Positions 40,780 through 53,102 of a stretch of 58,655 nucleotides of DNA are shown here, piece by piece (position 1 is the first letter of the stretch; every line of letters starts with the position of its first letter). The stretch covers positions 20,755,734 through 20,814,388 of the forward strand of contig NC_068993.1 in assembly GCF_001194135.2 (NCBI RefSeq), read 5' to 3'. The position numbers and the translations under genes are program-made. Below the pieces are notes generated by a model. That model was not told the DNA's origin and ran no database searches. It worked only from the letters and a program-made list of their open reading frames with translations. The DNA is from Octopus bimaculoides (lineage: Eukaryota).

Positions 40780-40871
40780 TTCAGATTATAAATCATTCCT
40801 TGAAATAAGTTTGTATAAAATCCGATTCGGTGAATGAGGGTGTTCAGCTAAAAAAATATTGAGAACCACTG
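40780..40871. mobile_element. hAT/Charlie-like terminus in the opposite orientation
   Basis: TTGAGAACCACTG is the reverse complement of CAGTGGTTCTCAA; the flank does not match the 32408 target site. Confidence 0.55.
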
Positions 40872-40989
40872 GTAGTAAATGTCATTTTAGCATAGGTAAG
40901 AAAGGGTGACAAAAGAAACAAAGCCTGTTTGCTACTGACTCAATCGTGCTAGTGAATGGATCTTTGTCGTGTATATGTGTGGGGAAGAG

Positions 40990-41240
40990 GCACATGACAT
41001 AGTGGCTAGAGCACTGGATTCGAGGTTGAGGGATCGCAGGTTCGAATCTCGGACCGGGCGATATGTGTGTTTATGAGCGAAACATCTAAGCTCCACGCAG
41101 CTCCGGCATAAGATAATGGCGAACTTCTGCTCATCCTTTCGCCACAATTTTCTCTCACTCTTTCCTGCTACATCTAGCAGCTCCCCTGCGACGAACCGGC
41201 GTTCCAGCCAGGTAGGGAACCTATACGCCAATGAAACCGA
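40990..41240 (+). mobile_element. SINE type E (family C-like body, different 3' domain)
   Basis: Head GGTTCGAATCTC; 41075-41162 aligns to family C 29049-29137; tail CCTGCGACGAACCGGCGTTCCAGCCAGG resembles the V-type SINE domain as recalled. Confidence 0.75.
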
Positions 41241-41308
41241 CACATACTGTCCTACATCCTTTTTCCTCAGATTATAAATTTAAATTCGTTGTTAGAAAGA
41301 AATAAAAC

Positions 41309-41343
<35 letters not shown>

Positions 41344-42857
41344 AATAGTAATAATAATAATCACCTCACACATACTAAATAAACTATGTTCATAAGCGGA
41401 AGAGAAAATGAGGGCAAAACTTCTTTAAAACTAAGCTTGTAACTTTTTTTTTCTGCTGTTATCTGAATTCCTCGATGGAAGTTTGTTTTTCTCGAAACCA
41501 ACTCATTATTTGTATATCAAGTTCACTTTTAGTCCTTCCAGGATTGATAAATTAAAATACCAGTCAAGTACTGATCACAATAAAATTGACTAACTCCTTC
41601 TCTAAGCTTCTAGCTTTGAATGTATATTTGAACTTTTTGTTTTTTTAGTCCTCAGTTCAGCAATGTTCTAACATGTTCCGGTCATTACCATCTCGTCTTT
41701 CTCTCCGTTATTTTGTATCTAAGAGTGCATTATACAATATGTCTTCCACGTTAACACAAAAGGGTTTCATTTGAGGGACAATTGCCTTAAGATGTTACTA
41801 TATATATTTGGTAGAGCGTCTTCATCGCTGCACATATTATCAGTTAATGGGAAATTAATTGCTAGTTAAACTATTATTGTTATTGATTACATAAATATAT
41901 CTATTGCAAATGCACAAATCCGAAATTTGTTTAATGTAATTTAACTTAGATAAATAATTGTATCTTTAACATTAGTATTCATTTCATTATTTAATATAAA
42001 CATCATTATATATTTAAAAGAATTACAAAAATATTCACTGTCCCTATGTAACAATACCTGATACAATCTACAGTAGGAAAAGTATATTCCGAATAATATT
42101 CATCACATGACGGGTAACACTGAATCGAAATTGATGTTTTTTTTCCAGCTAAAGGCAATGGTTTCTGATAATCTTGACCTAGAGTTAATATTTTATCTCC
42201 TCACTGCATGTTTGGTTGACAATTAATCAATCTTTCTGGCTTAGCGCTTTATTCTTTGACCAGATTTGATTAGCCTTAGTCGCTAATCAAATATGTCTTC
42301 CTCTCTCCTCCCTGCAAAGATAATTATAGCGATCTGAAAATTTTCTTTAATCACGGCATTAAATATGTTAGCATTTATGTAACTATTGCACTTCACAGAG
42401 GTGGCAAATCTCGGTAATTTTCTTTGATTTTTATGTCTTTAAACCCTTATATGGCATAATCATCAAATGATATGTTTTGACATCATTGGCCTTTTAAATG
42501 ATATTTTGTATCTTTAAATAGTATTATCATCAAGCAGAAAGTATTTGGGCCAAATGCATTGATTCTTTCAATAATTAGTGTGTAATAAGACCAAAACACT
42601 TTCTGTAATCAAATTAAACACTCTTATCTTCTTCAGTGTACTGTTTTTTTTTCTTTTTTTACTCGGAGTCAGGCTTTCATTCACTAAAAGTTGTTCAGTA
42701 TATTTCTCATATTTCCTTCTTTCTATATAATCCCTTATCAATCACTAGTTTATCTGAACTTCACATGGTCTTAGTGAAATGCATATAAGTATGTATATAT
42801 ATATATGCAAACACATTTGCATGCATATGTACGTACACACACAAACTCGACACAACA

Positions 42858-43090
42858 AAGATCTTGTGCAACTGAAACACGAGTGTCTTTTCAGTCAGCT
42901 GAAAGCAATTTTGGCACAAACTTGGCACACACGCATCTCATACCTAAATCTTCAGTGAAAATGGACTTAACAGAACCGTAACTAATCTGCACTTCCTCTG
43001 ATAACTCACGGATAGTGAGTCGACGATTTTCCCTCACATCTGCATGCAAATCTTAAACCAATTGTCGGGTAGGGTCAGCGTGGCGGACTG
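42858..43090 (-). mobile_element. Mariner transposase fragment
   Basis: LHADVRENRRLTIRELSEEVQISYGSVKSIFTEDLGMRCVCAKFVPKLLSAD*: second HTH plus the decayed WVP(K/H)EL linker typical of mariner. Confidence 0.88.
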
Positions 43091-43400
43091 CATAACAAGA
43101 ATGGAGTTTTGATTTAAATATACACCTTATCTGACTGGCTTCCAAACATTTTCTGCCTGCCCGAACTTATGATAAACATTAACTATCCATGATGCAACGT
43201 CGTGGGATTTGAACCTAGAACCTCGTGACTGAAAAGCCAGCATCTTAACCATTCGGACGAGCCGTGTTCAGTACGAAGCTCAATTAGGGATATTTCAAGC
43301 GTATTATGATTGGCGTAATAAATGTACATGCCACATAACAGAATGGCGACATCAACGTCTTAGATTATTATCTTGTATATTGGGATTTTTAATAGTTTAG

Positions 43401-43592
43401 TCAATGGCGAAAGAGTAGCTTTCATGACTCTTTTCGAGGTTTCCAGTTCTGGTGGTAAAAAGAGAGGAAGCTACTCTCAAATCAGAGACCTGCTCTCAAT
43501 CTTTACTGCAGAGTGGAATTTACTGAATGCACGCGAGAACCAAGCAGGGGCGTTAATCCAGGCAATGAATTACGCCAAGTACGCAAGAACAG
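43401..43592 (+). CDS. Candidate 192-nt phase 1-1 exon, product unknown
   Basis: TTTAG|TC acceptor, CAG|GTACGG donor, the only open frame of six over this span: xNGERVAFMTLFEVSSSGGKKRGSYSQIRDLLSIFTAEWNLLNARENQAGALIQAMNYAKYARTx. No homology recognised. Confidence 0.25.
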
Positions 43593-43779
43593 GTACGGTC
43601 CCTCCTTAAGCTTCCATACAGTTTCTGCCTGCCAAATTTTGCTCCCAATTTATTGGTCGAGCCCACTCAAAGTTAGAAGACTATTGGTCAAGGTGCCATG
43701 CAATGTGATTGAACAAGAAACGCTGTAGTTGCGACTCTAACGTCTTGGCCACTCGACCAACCTTTATAACTACAAAATT

Positions 43780-44150
43780 TATGTTGGTTTCAAATTTTTT
43801 GGCACAAAGCTAGCAATTTTAGGGGTAGAGTATGCCGATTACATCAACCCTAATGCTCAACGGGTACTTATTTTATCGACTCCGAAAGGATGAAAAGCAA
43901 AGTCGAAATCGGAGGAATTTGAACTCTGTACATAAAAACGGACGAAACTCTAACATTCATATTAATACCAAAATAAAGACAAGGAGTTGGCAGATTAGTT
44001 ACCGTACTGGACAAAATACGTATCAGCTTTTCATTCGGTTATTTACGTTCTCAGTTGAAATGTTGCCGAATTCGACTTTGCTTTTCATCCTTTCAGGGCT
44101 GTGAAAATAAGTATCAGACGACTTCTCCTCCTCGCAAATTTGCCAAAAAT
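43780..44150. mobile_element. Two family B SINE remnants in inverted orientation
   Basis: Minus copy about 43780-43950 and plus copy about 44030-44150. Confidence 0.8.
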
Positions 44151-44968
44151 AAGAAAGAATTGATCTTGATCTAAAATCAAAAAGAATTATATTAATACCA
44201 AAATATGTATTCGTGTTCCGATTGTGGAGAAGTTAATCCTGAAAGTTTGAAAATACAAACTGTATATCTTTACTGCCTCAAATTTCACGTGGCGCAAACG
44301 ACGTCCATATATTGCGTATAATAAATTTTGAGTGAGTGCGATATAATGTTATACTGACTAGCTTATGATAACCCCTGTATCGATAGAGTCAATACATATA
44401 GAAGACTTATTGATAATACAGTACTATACTAAAGATAACTATTAAATACGGAAGCATGTCAAAACAAGCCAAACACAAGATTATCTATGAAGTGAGTTAT
44501 CCTGTTACAAATAATAACCTAATATCCTTGAAATTACAACTTACTATCTCACAAAAGGATACGATGGGCAACGTAGCTCATGATATAGAAAATGGTGGGA
44601 CCCTCAACGGTACGACACATTTGAACTACGTTTTGCTCTATCAAAACTGACCTGGGGTTAAGTAATAACTGGTTAAATGGTATTGCACATAGAAATATGT
44701 GCGCCTCATGCTGGTATCATCGGAGCACATTTGAAGACTTTGAAGGGCAATAAATCTACTCATGTATTTGAAGTACGCTACAGTACCTTAAGATAAAATC
44801 CTTAAGATAAAAACGTTTCAGCTACATCGGGTCCTGCTGCTCACAGTGGTTAACGGCAAAGCATTTTGTTACGTATTTTACAATTTCTAACCCCTAAAAC
44901 ATCTGTGAAAAGAAAGAAACTGTGAATTTCTCAGCTTGTAGAAAGAAAGCCTTATCTAAGCGGATCGG

Positions 44969-45010
<42 letters not shown>

Positions 45011-45547
45011 GTGCGTGTGTGTGGAAAAAGAGAGGGGGAGAGAGAGAGAGAAGGACAGACAAATCGATATGTATGCATATATANNNNNNNNNNNNNNNNN
45101 NNNNNNNNNNNNNNNNNNNNNNNNNNNNNNNNNNNNNNNNNNNNNNNNNNNNNNNNNNNNNNNNNNNNNNNNNNNNNNNNNNNNNNNNNNNNNNNNNNNN
45201 NNNNNNNNNNNNNNNNNNNNNNNNNNNNNNNNNNNNNNNNNNNNNNNNNNNNNNNNNNNNNNNNNNNNNNNNNNNNNNNNNNNNNNNNNNNNNNNNNNNN
45301 NNNNNNNNNNNNNNNNNNNNNNNNNNNNNNNNNNNNNNNNNNNNNNNNNNNNNNNNNNNNNNNNNNNNNNNNNNNNNNNNNNNNNNNNNNNNNNNNNNNN
45401 NNNNNNNNNNNNNNNNNNNNNNNNNNNNNNNNNNNNNNNNNNNNNNNNNNNNNNNNNNNNNNNNNNNNNNNNNNNNNNNNNNNNNNNNNNNNNNNNNNNN
45501 NNNNNNNNNNNNNNNNNNNNNNNNNNNNNNNNNNNNNNNNNNNNNNN

Positions 45548-46995
45548 CCCCCCCCCCTCATTATGATGATAAGGATACACCACCCACTAAGGCAGCAAAA
45601 ATGTGGACGGAAGGACCAGGTAGATTGCTCGTGACCTGGTTCGGTCCGGACCTCCAGGTGGACAAGGACTGGGGGAGGTGACTAGCAGGGTAGCCAATCT
45701 CATCCAGAAATAGGCAGAGAGCAAGCTGTCCCTGAAAGGTCAGGTGGAGCTGGCAAATACATACATCACTTCCGTCATCTACTACCGCCTAATTGTCTTT
45801 CTTTGCCCTGCTTCATGGCTGACCAAGCTGGAGCGCTTGTTCTTCTACTTTCTGTAGAGGGGACTTGTTCCGCTCGGCAGTTGGTTCATCTTCTGTCAAC
45901 AGCCGCTGAATGGAGGACTGGCCATGCCGTGGCTAATGATGCGCAGACACACGCTGAGGCTACAGCATCTCCACCATTTTCTTAACGGCGAACCGTTGTG
46001 GTCAGCGTTTGTCAAGCAGAATTTCCCGCAGCACATCTCATTGATCAAACGTAGACCAAGACAGGGTACTTGATATCTGGAGCGTCGGCAAGCGCTCACA
46101 GCTCTATGCCATTCGGGCAACGTGGTCAGTGGAAATTCCACTATGGAGTTCTATAGGGGATTAATGGCGGGTAAGAGCGACGACGTCCTTTGGGAAACTC
46201 TGGGCGTCGAGAGGGATCAATTAACTGGTCTTTTCCAGAAATCCCTGGTCTGACAGTGTTACTGGGGAAATCTGCCAGTTCGAGACAAGGTCTACAGACA
46301 CGGAAGTGATGTCAGACGGACCTGTCCGTGGTGTGCTCAGGGCAACGAAACTATCCTGCACGTCCTGCACACACTCGTCCAGTGTCCGTGCATTACTGAC
46401 GTGTTGAGCTTTGTGGAATAGCTGTTATCACGTGTAGGACGGATCCGGTAATCAGCCGAGTCCATCGTGAAGATCGCCCCACCGATTCCCTTTAGCCGGG
46501 AAGGCTTTTTTCCTCTGTCTGTTGGCTATGGCGAAGGAGGCAGCGTGGTGGACGAAACTGAAAACACTGAAGACAGATACTTTCCTCTTCGGCCAAGCTC
46601 TCATCTACTTTTTCAAGTTCCACTTCAAAAGGAAAATGAGGGTAGAGAAGGAAATTTTTCCTCCATTAATTTTGTTGAAAGGTGGGTATATGTGGCGAGA
46701 ATGGCCCATGTGAATGGGTCTACTCTGAACTCGTTTGTAGACCGGAGGAGTTAAGAAGGAGAGAGGTGTCTGCTGAGGTGCATCTGGCGGTCGGGATAAC
46801 CAGAATGTGTGGAGTTCCTCGGTTGTCCCTGTGAAATACTCCCTCCTACTTTTGGAGAATTCTATTTTCTGATTGTATTGTTGTCATTGTTATTTTATTG
46901 TTTACTCGATTTTCTGTTAAACTCCGCGTGTCCCTAGTTTTGTATTGTCCCTATTTGTTTTGTGTTCGGCCCTTTGTGTGGTCAATAAAGAAACG
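45548..46995 (+). mobile_element. L1/Tx1-like LINE 3' portion (RT thumb to C-terminal zinc knuckle), degenerate
   Basis: WTEGPGRLLVTWFGPDLQVDKDW; KLSLKGQVELANTYITSVIYYRL; CQQPLNGGLAMPWLMMRRHTLRL; CPWCAQGNETILHV...QCP (CCHC-type); AKEAAWWTKLK. AATAAA at 46984 then (ATT)n(GTT)n. Several stops and frameshifts; 5' side lost in a gap. Confidence 0.88.
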
Positions 46996-46996
46996 A

Positions 46997-47013
46997 TTAT
47001 TATTATTATTATT

Positions 47014-47064
<51 letters not shown>

Positions 47065-47175
47065 GCTGTTGTTATTGTTGTTGTTGTTATTATTTTTATT
47101 ATTGTTGTTATTATTATCATTATTATCATTATTATTATTATTGATATTAATAATAACAAAAACAACAATAATAAC
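46997..47175. repeat. (ATT)n/(GTT)n compound microsatellite
   Basis: Direct reading. Confidence 0.95.
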
Positions 47176-48818
47176 ACATGTATATGTGTATGAGTGTGTG
47201 TATGTGTGTGTGTGTATGTACATGCGTGTGTCTAGTCGTCTTGGTAGCGCTTCTATGTTTAAACTCTTTCAAACAACTGATCCATAGTGACTTGCCGCAG
47301 TCAGGTTTCGTGCTACACTAAATGTGTTTTCCAAATGAAAGACTTTCTTAAACTAAAAACATAGATCACAGAGTCATTTTTTTAATTCACAACGTTTAGT
47401 TTGACATCGACAGAGGGGCCATACTTTTAGGTAGCCATCTGGAAAGAGTGAAAGATAGTGACAGGGAAGATATTTAGACATTTGTGGGCGGAGTAACTAT
47501 GTAAATAATGAAAGCATGAATGCTAAAATCCTTAGGGAAAAATCTGAAGATTGAAGAAAGAGGCCCCTTCGAAATATATTATTATTGAGAACAGTTTCAA
47601 CAATCAACGACTCTACTATATATTTTCATAGGGCACGAAATATATATATATGTATATATATATCAACAGCTCTACTTCCGGTTTTTAATTGAATGACTGA
47701 GTAATAAACAAGATTTCCTCTTTTTTTGTAATTTTATTCCCCCACTTTGACCCTTCTTTCTTCACCTTCACATCTGCTCACATCCATTCATCCATTCACA
47801 TCAAAACTCTCTTGTCGTACACTTCGCTTCCCTTTCCAAATCTCACCGAATTGTAACATAACGAGGAAGTGAATGGCTTGAATGATAAGGAAGTCAGTTT
47901 TTTTGGGGAAAAAAAAGTAAAGGAAAACAAGTATATTGTTTTAATTATCCTTCTTCCTATCAACCAAAATAGAGTTTATTAAATTATTCTTCACCTCACT
48001 TATTTTCAACAAGTAGATGCTGGTTTTCACCATTAAATTAATTTACGGAAAATAACATGTTTTTCTTCTTTTTGTTTCTCATATAATTAAAATTATATTT
48101 ATGCTTATCTCACCTCGCTGAGTACAGACCAAAAGTATACTTTGCAAGTATACACGCAATTTAGTTTACCTTATACATAACAAGAACACAAACACTCTCA
48201 TAAACTCACACAAAAAGGCACATATTTTTATACACACAGTCGGACATGCACGTATGCATACACAGACATATATACATAGTCACACACGCATACACACATG
48301 TGCACGCACACACGCACACGCATATACTTTCACACACTGTCTCACACACATGCATGCACACACATATACGCAATCACACACAAACTAGCACTCACGTGCA
48401 ATGACACTCACACACACTTACACACGAATATCTTTGCGTCTAGTTAAGGCTTCAATGTAGCCATTGTGTTCCTCCGTCAGTTTTGCCTGTGAATGTGGAT
48501 GATTTTCTTTAAGAATCCCAAGTGTTATTATATTTTCTATTTTCAGTTTATGGAGATGCCGCCTATAATCATCTAATTTCAGAGTTGCTTAAGAGAGCGG
48601 GTTCAACGACTTCAGTACGCGCGCGTGCACATATATGTGAATATATACGTACACATACAAACGCTCACGCGTGCGTATGTGTGGTCGTACTTCAACAGCC
48701 CAACGAACAATAGTTTCTTTCAAGCGAGAAACTCCCAAGAGAGTCATAATTTGCAAACATTTAATATAAACATTTAAATACAGTGGAAAAATTACCGGAG
48801 AAGCCATTTCTAATATTT

Positions 48819-48853
<35 letters not shown>

Positions 48854-49928
48854 NNNNNNNNNNNNNNNNNNNNNNNNNNNNNNNNNNNNNNNNNNNNNNN
48901 NNNNNNNNNNNNNNNNNNNNNNNNNNNNNNNNNNNNNNNNNNNNNNNNNNNNNNNATGTCTTTAAGAATATATTTTTTATTGCAAAATCCTTTATAAACA
49001 ACTTTCATAAAATCTGAAGTTCTTAAATTTATATTTTCAGACTCCGCAGCTCACCTAAAATTTCGAGTAATGAGCTGCACTTGCAACAGGAAATGTCAAA
49101 TAAATCCTTTGTTGCATTGTTTTTAAACACATTACACTTTGTTTGAAATGATGGCACATTTTTTTCTATTTTTCACAGATTTTAGTAATACTTGGTACTT
49201 TAGATAAAAGTTTAAGATTTTCAGTTTAACTGATTCAATCGTAACACAAGCATGGATGCCTTTTACCAAAGAAGAATTACCTTTCCTGCTACAATTTTGA
49301 CAATTTGTTTAGTTGAAGGATATTTCTTGACTACTTCTTTACTTTTTTCGTTCAAATAAATCACATTTTAGTACACCCTTTAAAACTCGCTCACTAGGAT
49401 CACATGGGGTACCAAATACTGGGAATTCAATATCATGATGCGTTATTGTCGTATGAGCCATCACTAAATGTAATCAACACTAAATTTAACACGATCATTA
49501 ATTTTAATACGATAGAACAAAGTCTAGGTACAAAGCAGAAAACTTCACACACGTACGACATACGTCCAAACGAAACAACTGTTGCAGCGGCACTGGAGAG
49601 AAGTTCACACTCCTGTTCTCTTTATAGCCAATGCAGAACCTCAAGATATTAGTCAATTGTATTGAAACTTGGTATGCAACCTCTTAAGGATATTATATTT
49701 ACTGTTTTGCATTCTGATATGTAGATGTGTGTATTAGTTACGACTTATAATCCATGAAATCCAAAATTCAACCCAAAATAGCGATTTTTAAAATTTTCAA
49801 TTGCGTTGCGGAGCCTAAAACAGATATTTAGCGGCAAAGTTCTTTATATACCTTTCTTTTAACTCTAATTTGCAACAAAATATCGATTCTTGGTCACCAA
49901 TTTCGAAAAGTACATTTTTCGCTCCACC

Positions 49929-49963
<35 letters not shown>

Positions 49964-50794
49964 ATTGCAAAAGCAACTGTTTTAATCATTCCTACATGAA
50001 GAAAAGCGCGAGTAGTGATACTGAAGAAAGCGAATCTAAAACGTACTTGAATGAAATTTTTAAAAGCGTGGCATCAATGTATACGAGCGAGATGGACACT
50101 AGTGGAAACAGATAATCAATGATGGCATCCAACGTGTCCAAATAAGATCGCAAATGATAAGCCTGGGCGTAGAAAGCAGCGTGAAACGATTAATGGAGTA
50201 GCCTTTCTCTCGCAATTTCCGGTCTGCAACCAATAACGGGTCTGCATCCAATACCCGGTCTGCAACCGGTCTTGCATTTCCTGTATTAACATATTCAATG
50301 ACAAACAAGTCCACATTAAGTCATATCAAGCTATTAGTATCCATCTCAAAGATTAGGTAACGGTAACGAGTTGATTGTACGCGTGTACAAATGTTTGTGT
50401 GGTGTGCGTTTCTCTGTGTATATGTGTATATGAAGACATGTCCACTCAGTTTCTAGCGGGCACAGAAAAGCAGTTAAAGATATAAGCATATATGAAGAAG
50501 GCCTCTAAATAAGTGCTCCACTACCATTCAGATCTTACTCATATCACAGCTACGGTCCTAAACAAGGCAGTGCATAATATAGATATACTAAAACGGAAAT
50601 GTAACTGGATGGTTACTGAGTGAACTCCTCTGATCATTGGTCGGCTTGATAAGCACAGGCCTGGGGTTAAACAGCAGTCTAGCATTTAAAACCCATGAAT
50701 ATTTGCTGCTGAAAATTTATAACAAATCTTCATGATAAATATTCTGTTCGCCTTTTGTGTGAGCAGATGGTCAACGGCATATACGGCATTGCTT

Positions 50795-51250
50795 TATGTT
50801 ATCATTACTGTTGTTGCCGTTGTTGTTGCTATTGTTGTTGTCTTTGTCAACGTCGTTGTTGTTGCTGCTGTTGTTGATGATGTTATTGATGTTGTTGTTG
50901 CCGTTGCTGTCATTGTTTTCTTCTTCTTCTTCTTCTCCTTCTTCTCCTCCTCCTCCTTCTTTTTCTCTTCTTCTTCTTCTTCTTCTTGGTCTTCTTGTTC
51001 TTCTTCTTGTTCTTCTTCTTGTTCTTCTTCTTGTTCTTGTTCTTCTTTTTCTTCTCCTCCTCCTCCTCCTTGGTCTTCTTGTTCTTGTTCTTCTTCTCTG
51101 TCTTCTTCTTCTTCTTCTCTGTCTTCTTCTTCTTCTTCTTCTCCTTCTCCTTCTTCTTCTTCTTCTTCTACTCCTCCTACTCCTCTCCTCTCCTCCTCCT
51201 CCTCCTCCTCCTCCTCCTCCTCCCCCTTCTTCTTCTTCTTCTTCTTCTGG
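50795..51250. repeat. (GTT)n/(CTT)n/(CCT)n compound microsatellite
   Basis: Direct reading; source of the poly-E, poly-S and poly-L ORFs. Confidence 0.95.
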
Positions 51251-51574
51251 TAAGTTGTAACACAGAACACGTTGCTGGCCCAGATGCTAATACAACTGTT
51301 ATCATTTATATTACTTTTCGTTCCTTCGTACTACTACTGCTGCTTTGGATAATGGACAAGGACGACGCTAACGATGATGCGGATAACGATGATTTGGGGA
51401 TGATGAGGAAATGTGCTCAGCATAAAAGAAAGAAATAACTAAAACGACTAGTTATCTAATATCACGTGTGTAGTGTTTTAAGACATTACAATATAATTAC
51501 AGTCACGAAAAGATAAATTGAAGAAAGTACTTAAAGCTCAATCATTTCACTCAATTGACGTCCCTTCAGAACTA

Positions 51575-51756
51575 CCACCAGGTGGCAGCAGCTGTTCTTT
51601 CACATTTATATACAACATTATTCTTCTGTTCAGATTAGGTTGACGGCACCAGCTGCGAGCAAAGTAATTGGTTGGGAGAAGGAAAGTACTCTTGTGGGAA
51701 GAGATTAGATAATCTTATCATTGGTCATTTATTTATTGGCCGTCTGGACTGATTGG
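51575..51756. promoter_or_regulatory. CTCF-consensus site with clustered CCAAT boxes and E-boxes
   Basis: CCACCAGGTGGCAGCA at 51575-51590; CAGCTG at 51589 and 51650; ATTGG at 51667, 51720, 51735 and 51752. Motif match only. Confidence 0.45.
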
Positions 51757-51914
51757 ATATTAATAGGGTGTTGGTAAGTAATTAAGCATTGAGTGATAAG
51801 GTTACTTTTGATTGTTTTGTCTGTTACATTTTGTCATTTTGTTGTTATTTAATGTAAATATGATATATGATATATGATATACATACATATACATACATAT
51901 ACATATATATATAA

Positions 51915-51987
<73 letters not shown>

Positions 51988-52269
51988 GCCGTAACGAGAC
52001 GGAAATTGTTTCCAGTGTGCGGTTTTCATTTCCGTTTTCGGGATTATTTCAATCAAAGCTATCAAGCTATGAAATGAATGTTTATTTTATTGTTAAGGGG
52101 TCGTTGAATAACCAATATAAATTTTCTTCTTCGTTTAAAATGTAATGCTTCAGCCGGAGAGCAAGAATGACCCATTTTTAGGATGTTGATTGTTAGGAGG
52201 AGCTTACTATGAAGAAAGTGTCTCTGTAGAGAGGTGAACACATATCGCACACTCAGCTTTTCTAGTTGC

Positions 52270-52639
52270 TAGTTGCAGGTGTGCTTGTGTGGCGATAAGC
52301 TTGCTTCCCAACCACATTGTTCCAGGTTCAGTCCTACTGCATGGTACCTTGGACAAGTGTCTTCTACTATAACCTCGGGCCGACCAAAGTCTTGTGAGAG
52401 GGTTAGGCAGACGGAAAGCGAAAGAAGCCCGTCGTATTTATATTGGTTTCAAATTTTGGCATAAGGAAGAGCTTAAGTCGGTTACATCGATCTCGAAAGG
52501 ATGAGAGTTAAAGTCGACCTCAGCGGAATTTGAACTCAGAAGTAGCCATAAATGAAATGCCACTAAATAATGATTCTGTCATCTCAGCTCCCTAAACCCG
52601 TCGTACATACATATATATATACATATACACGTGTATAAG

Positions 52640-52717
<78 letters not shown>

Positions 52718-53067
52718 CGTGCGTGTGTATGCGTATGTGTGTGTGTGAGAAAGAGAGAGAGTTAGGGACAGAGAAAGGGAGAGAGAGAGTGTGTGTGCGT
52801 ATGTATTTGTGTCTGTGTTTGTCCGTCGCCATCGCGTGACAACTGATATTGGCATGTTTACGTCCTCATAACGTAGCGGTTCGGCAAAAGACCAAGATAG
52901 AATTTGGCGCAGGAGTGATTGTGTGGTAAGTAGGTTGCTTACCAACCACATGGTTCTGGGTTCAGTCCCAATTCGCGGCACTTTGGGCAAGTGTATTCTA
53001 CTATAGCCTCGGACCGACCAAAGCCTTGTGAGTGGATTTGGTAGACGGAAACTGAAAGAAGCCCTTC

Positions 53068-53102
<35 letters not shown>

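Noticed and set aside
32416-40871. Opposed Charlie-type TIRs as one 8.4-kb element
   Set aside because: Flanks differ (GTCTAGAT versus GTAGTAAA), so there is no 8-bp TSD, and no transposase lies between them.
41301-41341. AATAAA followed by a 32-nt A run (possible retrocopy end)
   Set aside because: Signal is only 3 nt from the A tract, no TSD or upstream ORF was found; probably a genomic A tract.
44812-44846. Second hammerhead-like GAAACGTT on the minus strand
   Set aside because: Core CUGAUGA equivalent is incomplete and stems I and II do not form convincingly.
50732-51438. 150-173 aa ORFs on both strands
   Set aside because: Translations of (GTT)n/(CTT)n/(CCT)n repeats.
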